Positions 16,579-29,160 of a DNA stretch of 64,000 nucleotides are shown piece by piece. A program made the translations under genes and the position numbers. Positions within the stretch are counted from its first letter, which is position 1. Each line of letters begins with the position of its first letter. The notes beneath the pieces are model-generated. The model was given only the letters and a program-made list of their open reading frames with translations. It was not told the origin of the DNA and made no database searches. Source of the DNA: Lama guanicoe (lineage: Eukaryota); assembly GCA_013239625.1 (NCBI GenBank), contig MU054132.1:248001-312000 (forward strand), in the 5' to 3' direction.

Positions 16579-18878
16579 TCATGGGGTCACCAGGATGCCC
16601 AGAGGCAGCACCAGACACAATGGTAGGATGAGGAGCACCACTGGATACAAAGAAGTAGCCTGGTTCACCACTGCGACTAGCCAGTTAGCAAAGAAGCCAG
16701 TATCTGCATAAATGCCAGGCGATAGTCTACGACCACAGCTGACATCCCAGCTCACAATCCCCACCTGGACCCAGACCAGAGGGCCCCCAGAATCTCCCTG
16801 GAAAAAGAGAAAGAAACAAACCGCAGGAATGGAAAAGCACCCATATCAGAGCAGGCTGACTGCACTGCAAGGTGCTGAGAGACAGGCACCAGTGGGCCTT
16901 CCACAGGCATCTCCCAGCCCAGGTTTCTGTGACTATGAGAACTGAGAATTAAGTAGTCAATCGGAACACTTTAGCATCCTCTGAGGATATTATGACTGGT
17001 TATTTCCCAAACCACAGTGGTTGTTAAACACTTGGAATATCACCTCTGCACGGCAGGCCCCTAAATCCCTACACCTAGCCTCAGGCTGCTCTAGAGCTCC
17101 TGACCATCTAGCTTGCTCCCTCCGTCTTCTAAGCTCCACTCTCAGACATCGCACACACACTGCACAACCTTTTCCAAACTGCTCTGCTGGCCCCTAACCA
17201 GCTCTGTCAGAAACTCAGAGTACTCAGCTCTCCCTCACCCCTTCCTCACCTGCAGTCAGTCACCAACACCTGATGACTCCGCCTCAAACACAACCCCTTC
17301 ACCAGCCCCTCTGCCCCAGGTCCTGCCTGGGATCAACACCATTGCCTACATGTTGAAAACAAACTTCTGGCCTCCAGACCTGCATGGACAGCACCTGGAA
17401 ACATAGCACAGCATTCCAAGCCACACATATTCTGACTCCAACCCCCTTCTCTGGCCATATCTGCCCCCTCATTGCTCCAGACCCTTAACATGTCCCTAAA
17501 CATGACAAGTTCCCTCCAACCTCTGAGCCACTGTACTTGCTGTTCCCCCTCCCAACTGTGTTGTTCTCTCTCTCTCCAGAATCCAAATCCTCTAAGACTG
17601 AGCTTAAACACTCCCTGCTCAGAAAGGCAGCTTGGTGCAGAGGGGAGACTGTGGGCCCAGTTGTCCTAAATCCACTCACAGGAGGACCTGGAATTACCGT
17701 CTCTGGAGGGACCACATCGGGATGATAACATGTATGATGTGTATGTTGCAGGGTTGTGACATGATTAACTGAGCTAATGTGGGTGAATTCTCACACTGGC
17801 ACAGTAAGTGCCGCAAAGAAGGAACTCAGGGACAGGACTTCTATTATTATCATTACCGCTCCCAATCTCCCCACATGCCGGCATCACCCCCAGGCAGTGA
17901 GGGCTGCTCCCTTTAAAGGAAGAGGCCAGACCAGCTCGGGGGAGCCATGAGAGGTTCTCCCCTGAATCTCTTTAACTAAAGGCTGAAAGGAAGAGGTGGC
18001 AAATAAGCCAGGCCCTGCCACTGGGGAATGAGGAAACTTTGAGGGAATGACATCAGTGCAAAAGGTGGCAAGGGACCCATCAACTTATCTGACAAGAATC
18101 CTTTCCTACATCATTATAGCCACAGATCATTCCTTCCAGTACGACATTCCTATTTGTTGGCATGACCCTCTGGACCATCTCATTACATTTTTCATAGTAT
18201 ACTGACGATGTATTGGTCGATCTCCTGGAGAAATTCTGAGACAAACTCTCCACCTACACGCAAAGAAACTCAGCAGTGGGTAGATCAGCACAGGTGGACA
18301 GTAACCCACTAAGCACCTCGAATCCCCCTGGAAGAAGGGCCACTTTCCTTCCTGGCTCTCCTGTCCTCCCATGATTTTCAGGAACACTTGGCCTCAAAGA
18401 AACAAGCTCTGCCCCCTTGGAGCCCTGGGCTTCCCAGGAAAGCACCAGGTGCCCCTCAGACAGCCAAGAAGGCCACATTCTCATAGGCTCCAGAGCAGCG
18501 CTTCCGAGTCCCCAGGCCATGGACCTCCGGACAAGTGCATCCCCCTCAGGCTCCACAGCAGAGCTGCGCTCATTCAGACCCCAGACCCTCCCAAACTCCC
18601 AGGGAACACCAGCTCCCACCCGGCGCCTCAGCCCTCCCCTCCTAAGACGAAGAGTCACCTCGGCTGAACTCCACCAAATGGGGGAATACCGGAGCCCCAG
18701 GGGATCCTGGACCCCCTCCAGGGCTTGGCGGGCCCATACTGTGTTCCTTGTGGCCGCCTCCCGAGGTGGGTGAAGGGAGCGAGGGCATCCCCGACCTGCC
18801 CGCCTGGGCATCGCTGAGCCGGGGCTGAAGGAGCAGGAGCCAGACCCGGAGGCTGAGGAGACCGCCCTGGGACGCCAC
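16579..18878 (-). pseudogene. PRSS42P: PRSS42-like (TESSP2) unprocessed pseudogene; remnants: exon 1 18878-18659, exon 2 stub 18392-18337, exon 4 18253-18089, exon 5 16797-16579
   Basis: GTG replaces ATG; exon 2 stops after LKIMGGQESQEGKWP; exon 3 absent; frameshift and GT>AT donor in exon 4; 18-nt deletion in exon 5. The tail WLVAVVNQATSLYPVVLL resembles mouse Prss42 as recalled, and it is the PRSS gene nearest MYL3. Confidence 0.85.
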
Positions 18879-19249
18879 GGGCTCCGGGACGGCCTCAGCG
18901 CTCTGCGGCGCCCCCTCGCGGCTCGAGCCGAGCTGCAGTACGTGGACCCCCGGCGCCTGCGGCAGAAGCGGCGCATCCTGACGCCGCAAGGTCTCCAGCC
19001 TGAGAGGGCAGGGTTGCGCTCTCACTCTCACTCAGATCCCCACCCCAACTGTGTCTGGCCAAAACCTTGCCCAGGACCGAGGGGTTGGGGTCTGTCCGAG
19101 GAGACTGGCCTTGCTAAGGACCTCCCAATTTAACGTCGGCTGCAAAAAACGGGTGTTTCCTGATGTCCCTGCCCTTCCTAGTGTGGTACATGGCCTGGAG
19201 CCAGGGAGGATGGTCAGGTTATTTGTTGAGGAGCCTTAATTCTCCATAA

Positions 19250-20290
19250 CGACCCCTCAAGTCAGGGCCTCATTCACCAGACCGAGATTTGGGGGTCGGG
19301 GGACTATGGATGAAGTGGGTTGGATAAAGGAGCCGGCTGCTATGCGATTTCAGTCACAAGGATGCCTTTAAAAAATGAGCCACCACCACAGATACCAGCA
19401 GATCAATCCATTCTTAATAGTTTCATGTCCCCGCTGTCTATTGGGGTAGCTCATCCTTTTGTCTTTGTTGTCTAAGTGCTTCTACCAGGTCTCTGCCTCT
19501 CAGGACTTCATCATCCCAGTTGAAGTCTGGGGGATAAAACAACAACTTTTGAATTGCACTACTTCCCACTCTTCCCCGGCCAAAAGATGACAGCCAGTTG
19601 CAGTGTTTTTCAAGGATGTAGGTGCTCCCTTCACAATTTATTTTTCAATGTCTTGATGAAGAGGTTATTCTCTAAGGCCCTCTTGGAGGCCAGAGAAGTG
19701 AAGGAGCAGGTCAGGAATCATGAATCCATCCCAATATTCTCCACTCTCTCTTTGCATTCCTTTCTCTACATTAAGCCAAGGAATGTCTGACATATCACTT
19801 CCTTTTGTGTGGTCTACCATTGACTTCAGGTTTAAAACAACCCGATAAACATGTAGAATCATTCCCACCTGCCTGAACCAGCACACTGAATTCTGAATTT
19901 CTGGTAAGTGTATTCTTGATAAACTTGGGTCCAAGCTTTCCCAATCAGGAATCCTTAGAATCCAATCCTATACGTATACCCTCTCATTCCTTCCCCTGTA
20001 GATTAGCAAAATCTTGCAGTTCTTTCTAAAAGGAAGCTTTCTACCCCTGGGTTGTACTGTGCACCTGTCCTAGAGCATGCTAGGATCTTACTCTGTTTAT
20101 TAGGTCTAGAGGCAATGAAGACTGAGGTGGTACAGGCAGAGAACTGGTATGTCCTTATAACATAATTTAGTCGCATGAAGTCATTACCGTGTCTCTAAGG
20201 TAAGAGAGGACCAGCCTTATCAGATGGGAGTAGGCACTGTTTCTACTGGCAAGAGAAGTTCAATGTGGCTGGGGATCAGTGTGCCTTAAA
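19250..20290 (-). mobile_element. Probable old ERVL-type internal remnant
   Basis: Loose resemblance to ERVL gag-region sequence; no ORF. Confidence 0.3.
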
Positions 20291-20299
20291 TCTATCCAA

Positions 20300-23200
20300 A
20301 TGTACCCCTATTTAGATTTTCAGGGTATCACTCTTTTCATGGATAAATAAAGACATTAACTGCATAGTGATAAACAAGATCCTAAATATGTTAGGATCCT
20401 AAACGGAGCTTGATGACAGATCTTCAAAATGTACAGAGCAAGGAAAAAAAGACATTCTAGGCACAATTAGAATTTGGAACTTTAACATCTTTCATAACTG
20501 TTAGAACATACTTGTGCAGAAAACTAGTAAATATATATAAGATCTGTAAAACACTATCACTGAATCAGACCTAATTAACATTTATAGAATACTCTACCCT
20601 AGCAACAACAATATACTTTTTTTGAGTGTACACCAAGATAGAGTATGTTAGGGGTTATTAAACAAATGGTAATGAATTTAAAAGAATTAAAATTGTACAA
20701 AATATGTCTTCAGATTATAACGGTATTAAATTAGAAACCAATAATAGGCAAAAATCTTGAAAATTGCCAAATGTTTGGAGAGATTTTTAAACTTTGATTT
20801 TGAACTTCCAGAATGGCAGGGTGAGGAACTGGGTTGATTTGCTCTCTGGAGAAAAAGCTATTTAGCTGGTGAAAATTTGTTTTAAAAAATAACTATTTAA
20901 GTTCTCTGGAAATTGTCCTAAGGGCATACAGAAAATTGAGAAATATTTATACAAGGAAATGTACAAAATCTTACTAAGAACCAAGAGTTCTGGGCAAGAG
21001 CCTGTGGCATTTGAGCCATGACCGGCTCCTATCCCTTGTCCTTAGCTTCATATTATGGAACTCTATTCTGGGCAAGTGGCCAGGATGATAGGGACTCTCT
21101 GTCCCAGCTGTGGTTTCACCACAAGAGAAGCAGATAGCTGGTGCCTCTCATTCTCCCAAGTCCATCCACAGAAGCTCCATTCCAGCAGGCATGACCAAGA
21201 GGACTACAGCTAACTTTCCTCACTTAGCACCTACTGGTAGGACAGAAGCTCTACCCCAGGCACAGCAGGCTAAGAGTCCTGGGTCTTCAATTGCCCCATC
21301 CCAGCTCACTCAGAGCAGAGGTTCCATGGGAGGGGCAAGTGAGATACCATCTCTCTCCTCATTGCCCACTCCTAGAACAAGAGAAGCAGGCTGCCATCCC
21401 CATCCCTAGCTTTGGTGCAACAGCACAAACATTCTGCCCAGGAGGAAAAACAGGCTGAAAGGAGGAGTGCTCTGCAACTCTGCTGGAAATAACTGAATTT
21501 ATTAGGAACAGAGGGTGGAAAAATTCATACCTAATGGAGTTGTTAAGAACAATAGAGATCTTCCTGGTGAGCAATTAAGAGAGATTCAGTAGCTCTATGA
21601 TACTAGCAGCAAAAAGAGGAAACAGCAGGCTAACCAGAAGTTTAACAGAGAAAACCAGTGAAAGAAGCAGCCAAGAACAGTTCTCCTGGGATCACACTCA
21701 TCCCCAGCGGGCTAAAACACTGTGCATGCACTAGGCTACCAACAATAAGAGAAGGAAGTAGAGCAAATTTAAATGCATTTCCCAAACCAAACACAGATCT
21801 AACAGCAAAGGGCAGAAACCTTTGTTCAATGTTCAGTGGATTTAAGAACAACCTCTGGCCAAATACTGGCTGAACAATGAGTTTCTCTGACCCAGGGGCA
21901 ACTCCTAATAAACCCAGCTTAAAAATAAAATCACACTCAACTCTAGTAAGCTGAAAGGCTATGAACATACCCAAGGCTGTGTTTTCTCAGGAGTGAATTG
22001 GATAGGGAATTTCCAAGTTTCTAGTCCCTGGCTGAACACGTGGTGGGAAAAGTAAACTCCCTAAACTGTGAAAGCAGTCTCCAAGACACGCACACATTTC
22101 CAGTGGTAAACAGTGCAAATGACCAAAGGGGCTTACCCACAATCATCAGCCAGTGAGTGGCTTACGCTCATCCGGGAGTTAACTGTAGAAGCCAAGCTAA
22201 AATATAAAAATAAGGGAAAAAATCTGAGCAGGGATATCAGAGGTAGCAAATTGAGGGGGAAATAGACTTCACAAAATTATCTCACCCAAGTACTAAACAA
22301 ATAGACAAATGACCAAACAAACATCAAGGCCAGGGTGGGCAGGAATCAGTGTCCAGATTTGCTATATTATCTATGATGTCTGTTTTCCAAAGAAAAAATT
22401 ACAAGGCATGCAAAGTGATTAAATCAAATTATTTTCAAGGCAAGATAAGAAAAATGTTAAATATTGAATTCTCTCCCTTGCCTGTTTGAGCCACTACCCC
22501 CTCCGCTTTGGTATGCATTATACATCTGCATTATGTATTAACTACCCTTAGAAGACACAGAAATCCCTACTGGCCAAAAGAAAAGTAATTTCTACCTGGC
22601 GCCAGAAGGTAACACCTTAGGAGATAATACTCCTTTCTCAATCCTTTAAGGGGTCACAAAAACCCACTACTCACCTTCTTGGATTATGTAGACTGTACGT
22701 ATGTGACTTTGATGTATAACCCTCTGTCTCAAAAACTTGTACACCTGTGCTTTGAACTGTAACAGATAGAACAGTCCTCAGAACTTTCTGAAAGATTGTC
22801 ACCCAGGTTATAATCCTCAGGTTGGCTCAAATAACATTTTCCATTTCTTTCTTCCACTTACTATTAATTTTTCACTAACAAAAGATACAGGAAACTTTGA
22901 TCAATACAAAGGAAAAGAAGCAGACAACAGAAGTTGTGTTTAAGGGGCCCTATGTGTTGGACATAGTATACAAAGACTTCAAAATAGCTATTTTAAATAT
23001 GTTCAAAGAAGAAAAAAATATATGTATATCTATATATGCATACACGTTTGTCCTCTCAATTGAAGCAAAAAAGTGTTTGAAAAAATTTAACACCCTTTCA
23101 TGATAAAATAAAAATATAAGCAAATTAGGAATAGGAAGAAACTTCCTCAATATGATAAAGGCCATCTGTGAAAAAACCATAGTGAACATCATACTTAATG

Positions 23201-24560
23201 GCAGAAAACTAAAAGCTTTTCCCTAAGATCAGGAACAAGACAAGGATGCCCACTTTCAACACTTCCATTCAACACAGTATTGAAAGTTCTAGTCAGTGTA
23301 ATTAGAAAAAATTAGTCAGTGTAATTAGTGCAAGAAAAAGAAGAAAAGGCACTTTAAGTTGGAAAGAAAAAAGTAAAATATCTCTGTTCACAGATAACAT
23401 AATCTTATTTACAGAAAACCCTAAAGATTAAAAAAAAATAAGCTCTTAGAGATAATAAATGAATTCAGAAAAGTTGCAGGATACAAAATAAACATGCAAA
23501 TATCTGTTGCATTTCTACAGACTAAGAGTGAACAATCAAAAAGGAAATTAAGAAAACGATCTAATTTACAATAGCATCAAAAAGAATAAAATACTTAGGA
23601 AGGAATTTAACTAGTGAGGTGAAAGATCTGTGTACTGAAAACTACAAAATATTGCTTAAGGAAATTAAAGAAGACTTAGGTAGACAGGGAAGGTATAGCT
23701 CAGCGGTAGAATATAAAACTCTTAAAAGAAAACAGGAGAATATCTTCATGACATTGGATTTGGTGGTGATTTCTTGGATATGACTCCAAAAGCACAGACA
23801 GCAACACACAAAAAAATAGACAAACTGGACTTTATCAAAATTAACAACTTTTGTGCTGCAAGGAATACTATCTTTGTGAAAGATAATGCGCAAAATGGGA
23901 GAATGTTTGCAAATCATATTATCTGATACAGAATTAATATTCAGAGTATATAAAGAACCCACATAACTCAACAACAACAACAAAAAAACCAAACAACTCA
24001 ACTTAAAAAGGGACAAAGAAATTGAATAGACATTTCTCCAAAGAAGATACACAAATAGTCAGCAAGCATATGAAAAGATACCTGTCACTAATCATTAGAG
24101 AAATATAAATCAAAACTACAATAAAAGACCACTTCACACCCATTATAAATATAAAATAAATAAAACAAATAAACAAACCAAAATCAACAATACAGAAAAT
24201 AACAAGTGTTAGTAAGTATATGAAGAAATTGAAACCCTGTGCATTGCTGGTGGGAATTTAAAGTGGTGCAGCTACTGTGGAAAGCAATATGGCAATTCCT
24301 CAAGAAGTTAAACACATAATAAGCTATAATGGAAAAGAGACTGAAAAATATATATGTGTGTGTGTGTACGTATAACCGAATCATTTTGCTGTACACCTGA
24401 AGCTAACATTGTAAATCAACTACAGTTCAATAACGTAAAATTTTTAAAAGGAAGTTAAACATAGAATAACCATATGATTCAGAAATTCTACTTGGAGGTA
24501 TATACCCAGAAGAATTGAAAGCAGGGACAGAAATGGACATTTGCACACTCATGTTCATAT
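20300..24560 (+). mobile_element. Cluster of fragmented L1 elements (EN-region, 5' region and ORF2 RT/C-terminal pieces) with nested insertions
   Basis: aaaagcttttccctaagatcaggaacaagacaaggatgccc, gaattcagaaaagttgcaggatacaaaat, agacatttctccaaagaagat; nested L1 3' end about 24315-24450 flanked by gaagttaaaca repeats. Confidence 0.8.
22416..22880 (+). mobile_element. Solo LTR (465 bp), ERV1-class by TSD length
   Basis: TG...CA ends with a 4-bp TSD aaag (22412-22415, 22881-22884); splits the L1 motif aggcatgcaaag|atacaggaaa. Confidence 0.75.
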
Positions 24561-24920
24561 CCCCCAAACCTGTGAGTATGTTACCTTACATGGTGAAAGG
24601 AATTTTGCAGATGTAATTAAAAACTTTGAGTGAGGATATTATCCTGGATTATCTGAACGAGACCAATCTAATCACGTGAATCCTTAAAAGCAGAGAACTT
24701 TTCTTCATTGTAGTCAGAGGAAGATGTGACTATGGAAGAAGTATCAGAGATGCCACATTGCTGGCTTTGAGGATGAAGTAAGTGGGGCCACAAGTCAAGG
24801 AGTGCAGGTGCCCCGTGGAAGCTGGACAAAGCAAAGAAACAGATTCTTCTCTAGGCCTCCAGAAGGAATGGGCCCTCCTGACATCTTGATTTTAGCCATG
24901 TCTCATTTCAGACTTCCAGA
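24560..24920 (+). mobile_element. MLT1C/D-like MaLR LTR
   Basis: atgttaccttacatggtgaaaggaattttgcagatgtaattaa...gctggctttgaggatg...ttctctaggcctccagaagg. Confidence 0.8.
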
Positions 24921-26269
24921 AGGCATACAATGAAGTGAAAAATGCAAAATGAAGAACAATGTATGATCCCACTTGGGTAGCAGCAGAAAGCTCATGCCAT
25001 ATTCATAACTGTGTATCTGCATGTAGAGGTTCATAAATTACTTATTAATATAATAGAGAAATATTACATTAATAGAGTAATTAATTTAACATTATTATTA
25101 ACATTTACTTTATTCTAATTAACATAATATAAAATAAAATAAAACAAAACAAAACAAGACGTCTTAAGGTGGTTGGTGCCCCAGCAAAGATCTGTCTTCT
25201 CATAACTACCCGTCTCCATTGGATGCCCACAGGTCTCTGAGAAGTGTGACACGTGAAACCACCCCACTGCCCAAATGTAGAGATATTCACCATTATGCCA
25301 TCCAAGGTCATAACTGTTGGGTCAGGAATAGCAGGCCACCCAGTGCCAGCTGGTGAGATCCAGGAAAGGTTTACCAGGACCTCGGGAGAAGATGCCTCCT
25401 CATTCTTCTCAAGAAGCTTCTAATAGCAACTCCCACCCCAAGAGTAAGTAGAAACAGGTGGGTTCACTGGGCTGGTGCAGACCCCACTGCCAGCCCACAG
25501 GAGCCAATCTCTGATGTTACTGATCCTGAGGCTGGCAGAGCACAGAGAAGGAGAGAAACAGAGGCACTGGGTATACCCACTGAAGCTACCTGACCTCTGC
25601 ACTCTTGAGGGACAGCTATCCCCGAGTCTTCCTCACACTCAGAACCACTTGACAGCCACATTCTGTTCCTTGGCACAGAGCATCTTCTGATCGGCACAGA
25701 CATTCATTTGACTTCCCCTTCTGGAGTCTGTGTATGATCCTCCCAGGCCCCACATCCACATCCAGTCTCAGGCAGTGAACCAAGCCTCTATCCCCTACCC
25801 CAGGAAGGCCAGCAAAGGTACACGACGGAGACACTTTTGAAAACTTACACCCTCATTTTTATGGGGGAGGGGCTGAGAAGAAGCAAGGGGAGGGGAGGGA
25901 AGGAGGAAGGAAAAAGGGAACTGGAAGGGAGGAGAGAGGAGGAGGGAAGGGGAGAGGAAGAAGAAGAGGGAGAAAGAGTGGATGGAGGGAAAGAAAGGAA
26001 GAACCGAACTATATATAGGCAAGATTAAAATGCATCATTTGTGGATGATAAAAACTGCCTTCTAAAATGAATCCAAACCAACCAAAAAACTAATAAAACT
26101 ATAAGAGAATAAAACTAAGAGGGCCAGGAGAAAAGATCAATGTACAAAATCAATAACTTTCTATCCCACAGCAATAATAAATTAGAAAATATAATTTTAA
26201 AAGATATTCCATTAGAGACAGCCACACACATTTTTAAAAATACCTAGGAATTGGTACAAGGTCTTGCAC

Positions 26270-27160
26270 AATCTGCCCAAGTTCCTCCTACCCTCTTACT
26301 CTTTCTTATCACTCTCCTCCTCACTCATAGGGCTCCAAACCTACTGGCCTCCTTGATGTGCCTCACTAACTCCTGCCTCCAGGCCTTTGCACTGGCTGTT
26401 CCCTCTGCCCCCAGATAACCACACAGCTCATTTCCTCACCTCCTGGGTAGAGACCAGGACCAGTAAACATTTTCTTAGGCTTTGTGGGCCAAGAGACAAA
26501 ACTGAGAATATTATGCGAGTGTTTATATGTAAGAGAAAATGAATTTCCACAAAATGTTTATTGATGAAACTCAAACTATAATGAGAAGACCTGAGTCCTG
26601 TTTTTTGCTCTTGGTTTTGGTTTTCAGTAATACAGGTCTACTAAGAAGAATGGAATTCTTTTATGGGGATAACATCAAAGTTAGTGTTCCTTACCTTGGA
26701 ATTGATTGCAAATTCTCTTCTGTAAAAACTATTCTCAGCTAAGAAAGGTGGCGAGCCAGATTTGGTCTGTATTCAAATGTCACCTCCTCAGTGAGGCTCT
26801 CCCAGAACACCCTCTCAAAAAGTGTGCCCACCTGCTCTGTGTTCTTGATCCCCCATACCCTCTAATTTCCTCTGTAGCACTTCTCACAATCTGACATACC
26901 ATATATTTTATTCATGTATACAGTAGCTCTCTTCCTCTTCCGTATGTAAATGTTTTGTGGGCAGGGTTTTTTATCTGTCTTGTCACTGCTGGATTCTCAG
27001 CATCTGGAACATGTCTGGCACATACTAGGTACTCGGTAAACATCTGTTGAATGAATGAATGAATAGAATCTTAGGGAAAAGAGGATGCGTTAATTCCTGT
27101 AAGTGTGCAGAACATTGCCTGGCACATATTGTGCTCAGAAAGTGTGAGTCACTGCTACTG
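26270..27160. mobile_element. L2 3' end split by a hAT-type MITE (about 26455-26765), followed by a MIR fragment
   Basis: ggcctttgcactggctgttccctctgcc; aaatgtcacctcctcagtgagg; terminal (gaat)n at 27049-27064. Confidence 0.7.
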
Positions 27161-28049
27161 TTGTTCCTTTTAGAGGGGAACCCCCCCAGCATTTGGAAAG
27201 TGCAGGTCGCAGAGCAAGCAACATCTTCCAGCCACCAGACATGTCCATTGCCCACTGCCTTTACTCCTGTTTCCCGGCTTCCCCTGTGGCTCCTGGCCTC
27301 TGTCCTTCCAACGCACCCTGTGTACCCCTCTGGTTCTCTTTTTCCCTCAGATACAGATAGGGCTTCAGGACCAGTTCCCAGGGCTCCCCATGGTGTCTTG
27401 AGCAGAGTGCTTACTACCAGAGATGCCTTGGACCTGACTGCCTGGTTCTACTCTCTGTTCTGTCTCCACCCCGCCCCCCACCAACTCCACCCTTTCATTG
27501 CCTAAGGATTCTAGCCCACCTTGTCTCACCCTGACTAACTGCACCTCACTCAGCACCCTCTCCTCTGGAAAGTCTTTCCTGACACCCTCCCCCAACTCTG
27601 GGTGTCCCAAGCCCCCTATGCTAACCATTCACGGAACACTGTCATTCTGCCAGGACATCTGTGCTGCCCCCCTCTCCCCAGAGGCCCTTCCCCTAACTCC
27701 CCAACTCTGCCCCAGGAAGCTTAGGACCTGATCCCTAGCCCCTAAGCTCTCGAGAGTCCCCTCCTCCTATCTTCTAGAAATTACTTGTTCCTGGGGTCCC
27801 TCTGCTCTCCCTAGCCGGTCCCCTCTCTAATCCCACAATAGCCCCATCCTAACAGTGGAGGAAATGAGAGGCGAGAGGTTAAGCAGTTTGCCAGGACCAC
27901 ACAAGGAGGCAGAAGGAAGGCGGGACCCTGGGCAGGGCTGAGGAGGAGGGGCGTTGGCCGTTCTGGCCCGGAGTACACAACACGGTAGACAGACAGAGGG
28001 ACAGATTTTTGCATGAGCCAGCAACTAAGCTGGAACTGGAAACCAGAGC

Positions 28050-29160
28050 CCCCCTTCTCTGCCCGACATCTCCGCGAGGCCAGGCGTCAGGGGCTCACAC
28101 AGAGCCGGCTCCCGCCCCCTGGCCCATGGCCAGCCGTCATCCCCGTGAGGTCAGCCACGGGCCCGCGATTTCGGGGAAATACCAGCTCCTTATTAAAAAC
28201 AGGTGGTGGTCAGGCCCCTGCTGCTTTCCCAGTAGAAACTAGGGTGTTTGTTCCAAGAGGAACAAGAGTGGGCAGGGCCTAGTCAGGGCCGGGGCGGCGT
28301 CCTGAGCTGCGTACCTGGTGGACAGTCCTGGAATTCCGGGGAACTGGGGGTGTGGTGGGGGTAGGGGTGGGACCCCGAGGTTTTGGCGAGGGCAGAAGGT
28401 GGAAGGGCCGCCACCCAGCACGTGGACGCTGAACCGCCCGGGGGGTCGTGGGCTGGGTCCTGGAAACCGCGAAGGGAAGGCGGGTCAGCCGTCGCAGCAA
28501 ATCGCAGCGGGTACAGAACTCGGAGAGCAGAAAGGGCCCGAGGGAAAGCGGGCGGGCGAGCTAAGCCCCGCCCCTTCCGGGGGCGACCCCCACCGCCGTC
28601 CCGCGGCCGGCAGCCGCTGAGCCCTGCAGGGGGCGCCAGAGGGCCGTCCTCTGGGCTCCGGGCCCCGGCCGCCCGGCATCTGGAGCGCGTTAGGCCTGGG
28701 CGGCCGGCGGCGGCGTGAGCTCATCCCGGCCGGCCCACTGCGGTTTCCAGGCGCGGCAAAGGGAGCAGAACACAGAAGCGCCGCGCCGCGGGCCCCCGGG
28801 GAGCGCGGCGGGAGCAGGGCTCCTCCCGGGATGTGGGTGTGAGCCGGGGAGGCGGCAGTGTGTGCGTCTCTGGCGCCTCGCCGAGGGAGGGCGGGCCCTG
28901 GGAGCTGGCCTCCAGCGTGTGTCGCTGTGTGTCACCGTGTGTCGTGGCTTGTGAGGGTGTGTGTGTCCCCGTGGGGGAAACACTGCGTGTAATAAGTTGC
29001 ACGCATCCCAGCGCATACTCCCCATTTTACAGAAAAGAAGGCCGAGTGCAGACGAGGGAGAGGGCCGGCTGGGTAACACAAAGCTTGGACTCCTGTCTCC
29101 TCGCGCCTCAGCCTGTGTCCCTGTGTGTGTGTGCACGCCAGCCGGCCCACCGTGTCCCAC
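28050..29160. promoter_or_regulatory. Orphan CpG island between PRSS42P and MYL3
   Basis: About 1.1 kb of GC- and CpG-dense sequence with no recognisable coding exon. Confidence 0.8.
28623..28637 (+). promoter_or_regulatory. CTCF motif
   Basis: CCTGCAGGGGGCGCC, one mismatch to CCRSYAGRKGGCRSY. Confidence 0.55.

Noticed and set aside
18254..19031. ORFs of 240 and 129 aa that might rescue PRSS42
   Set aside because: Even with another start (for example the in-frame ATG of GMPSLP) the His and Asp exons are deleted and exon 4 is frameshifted
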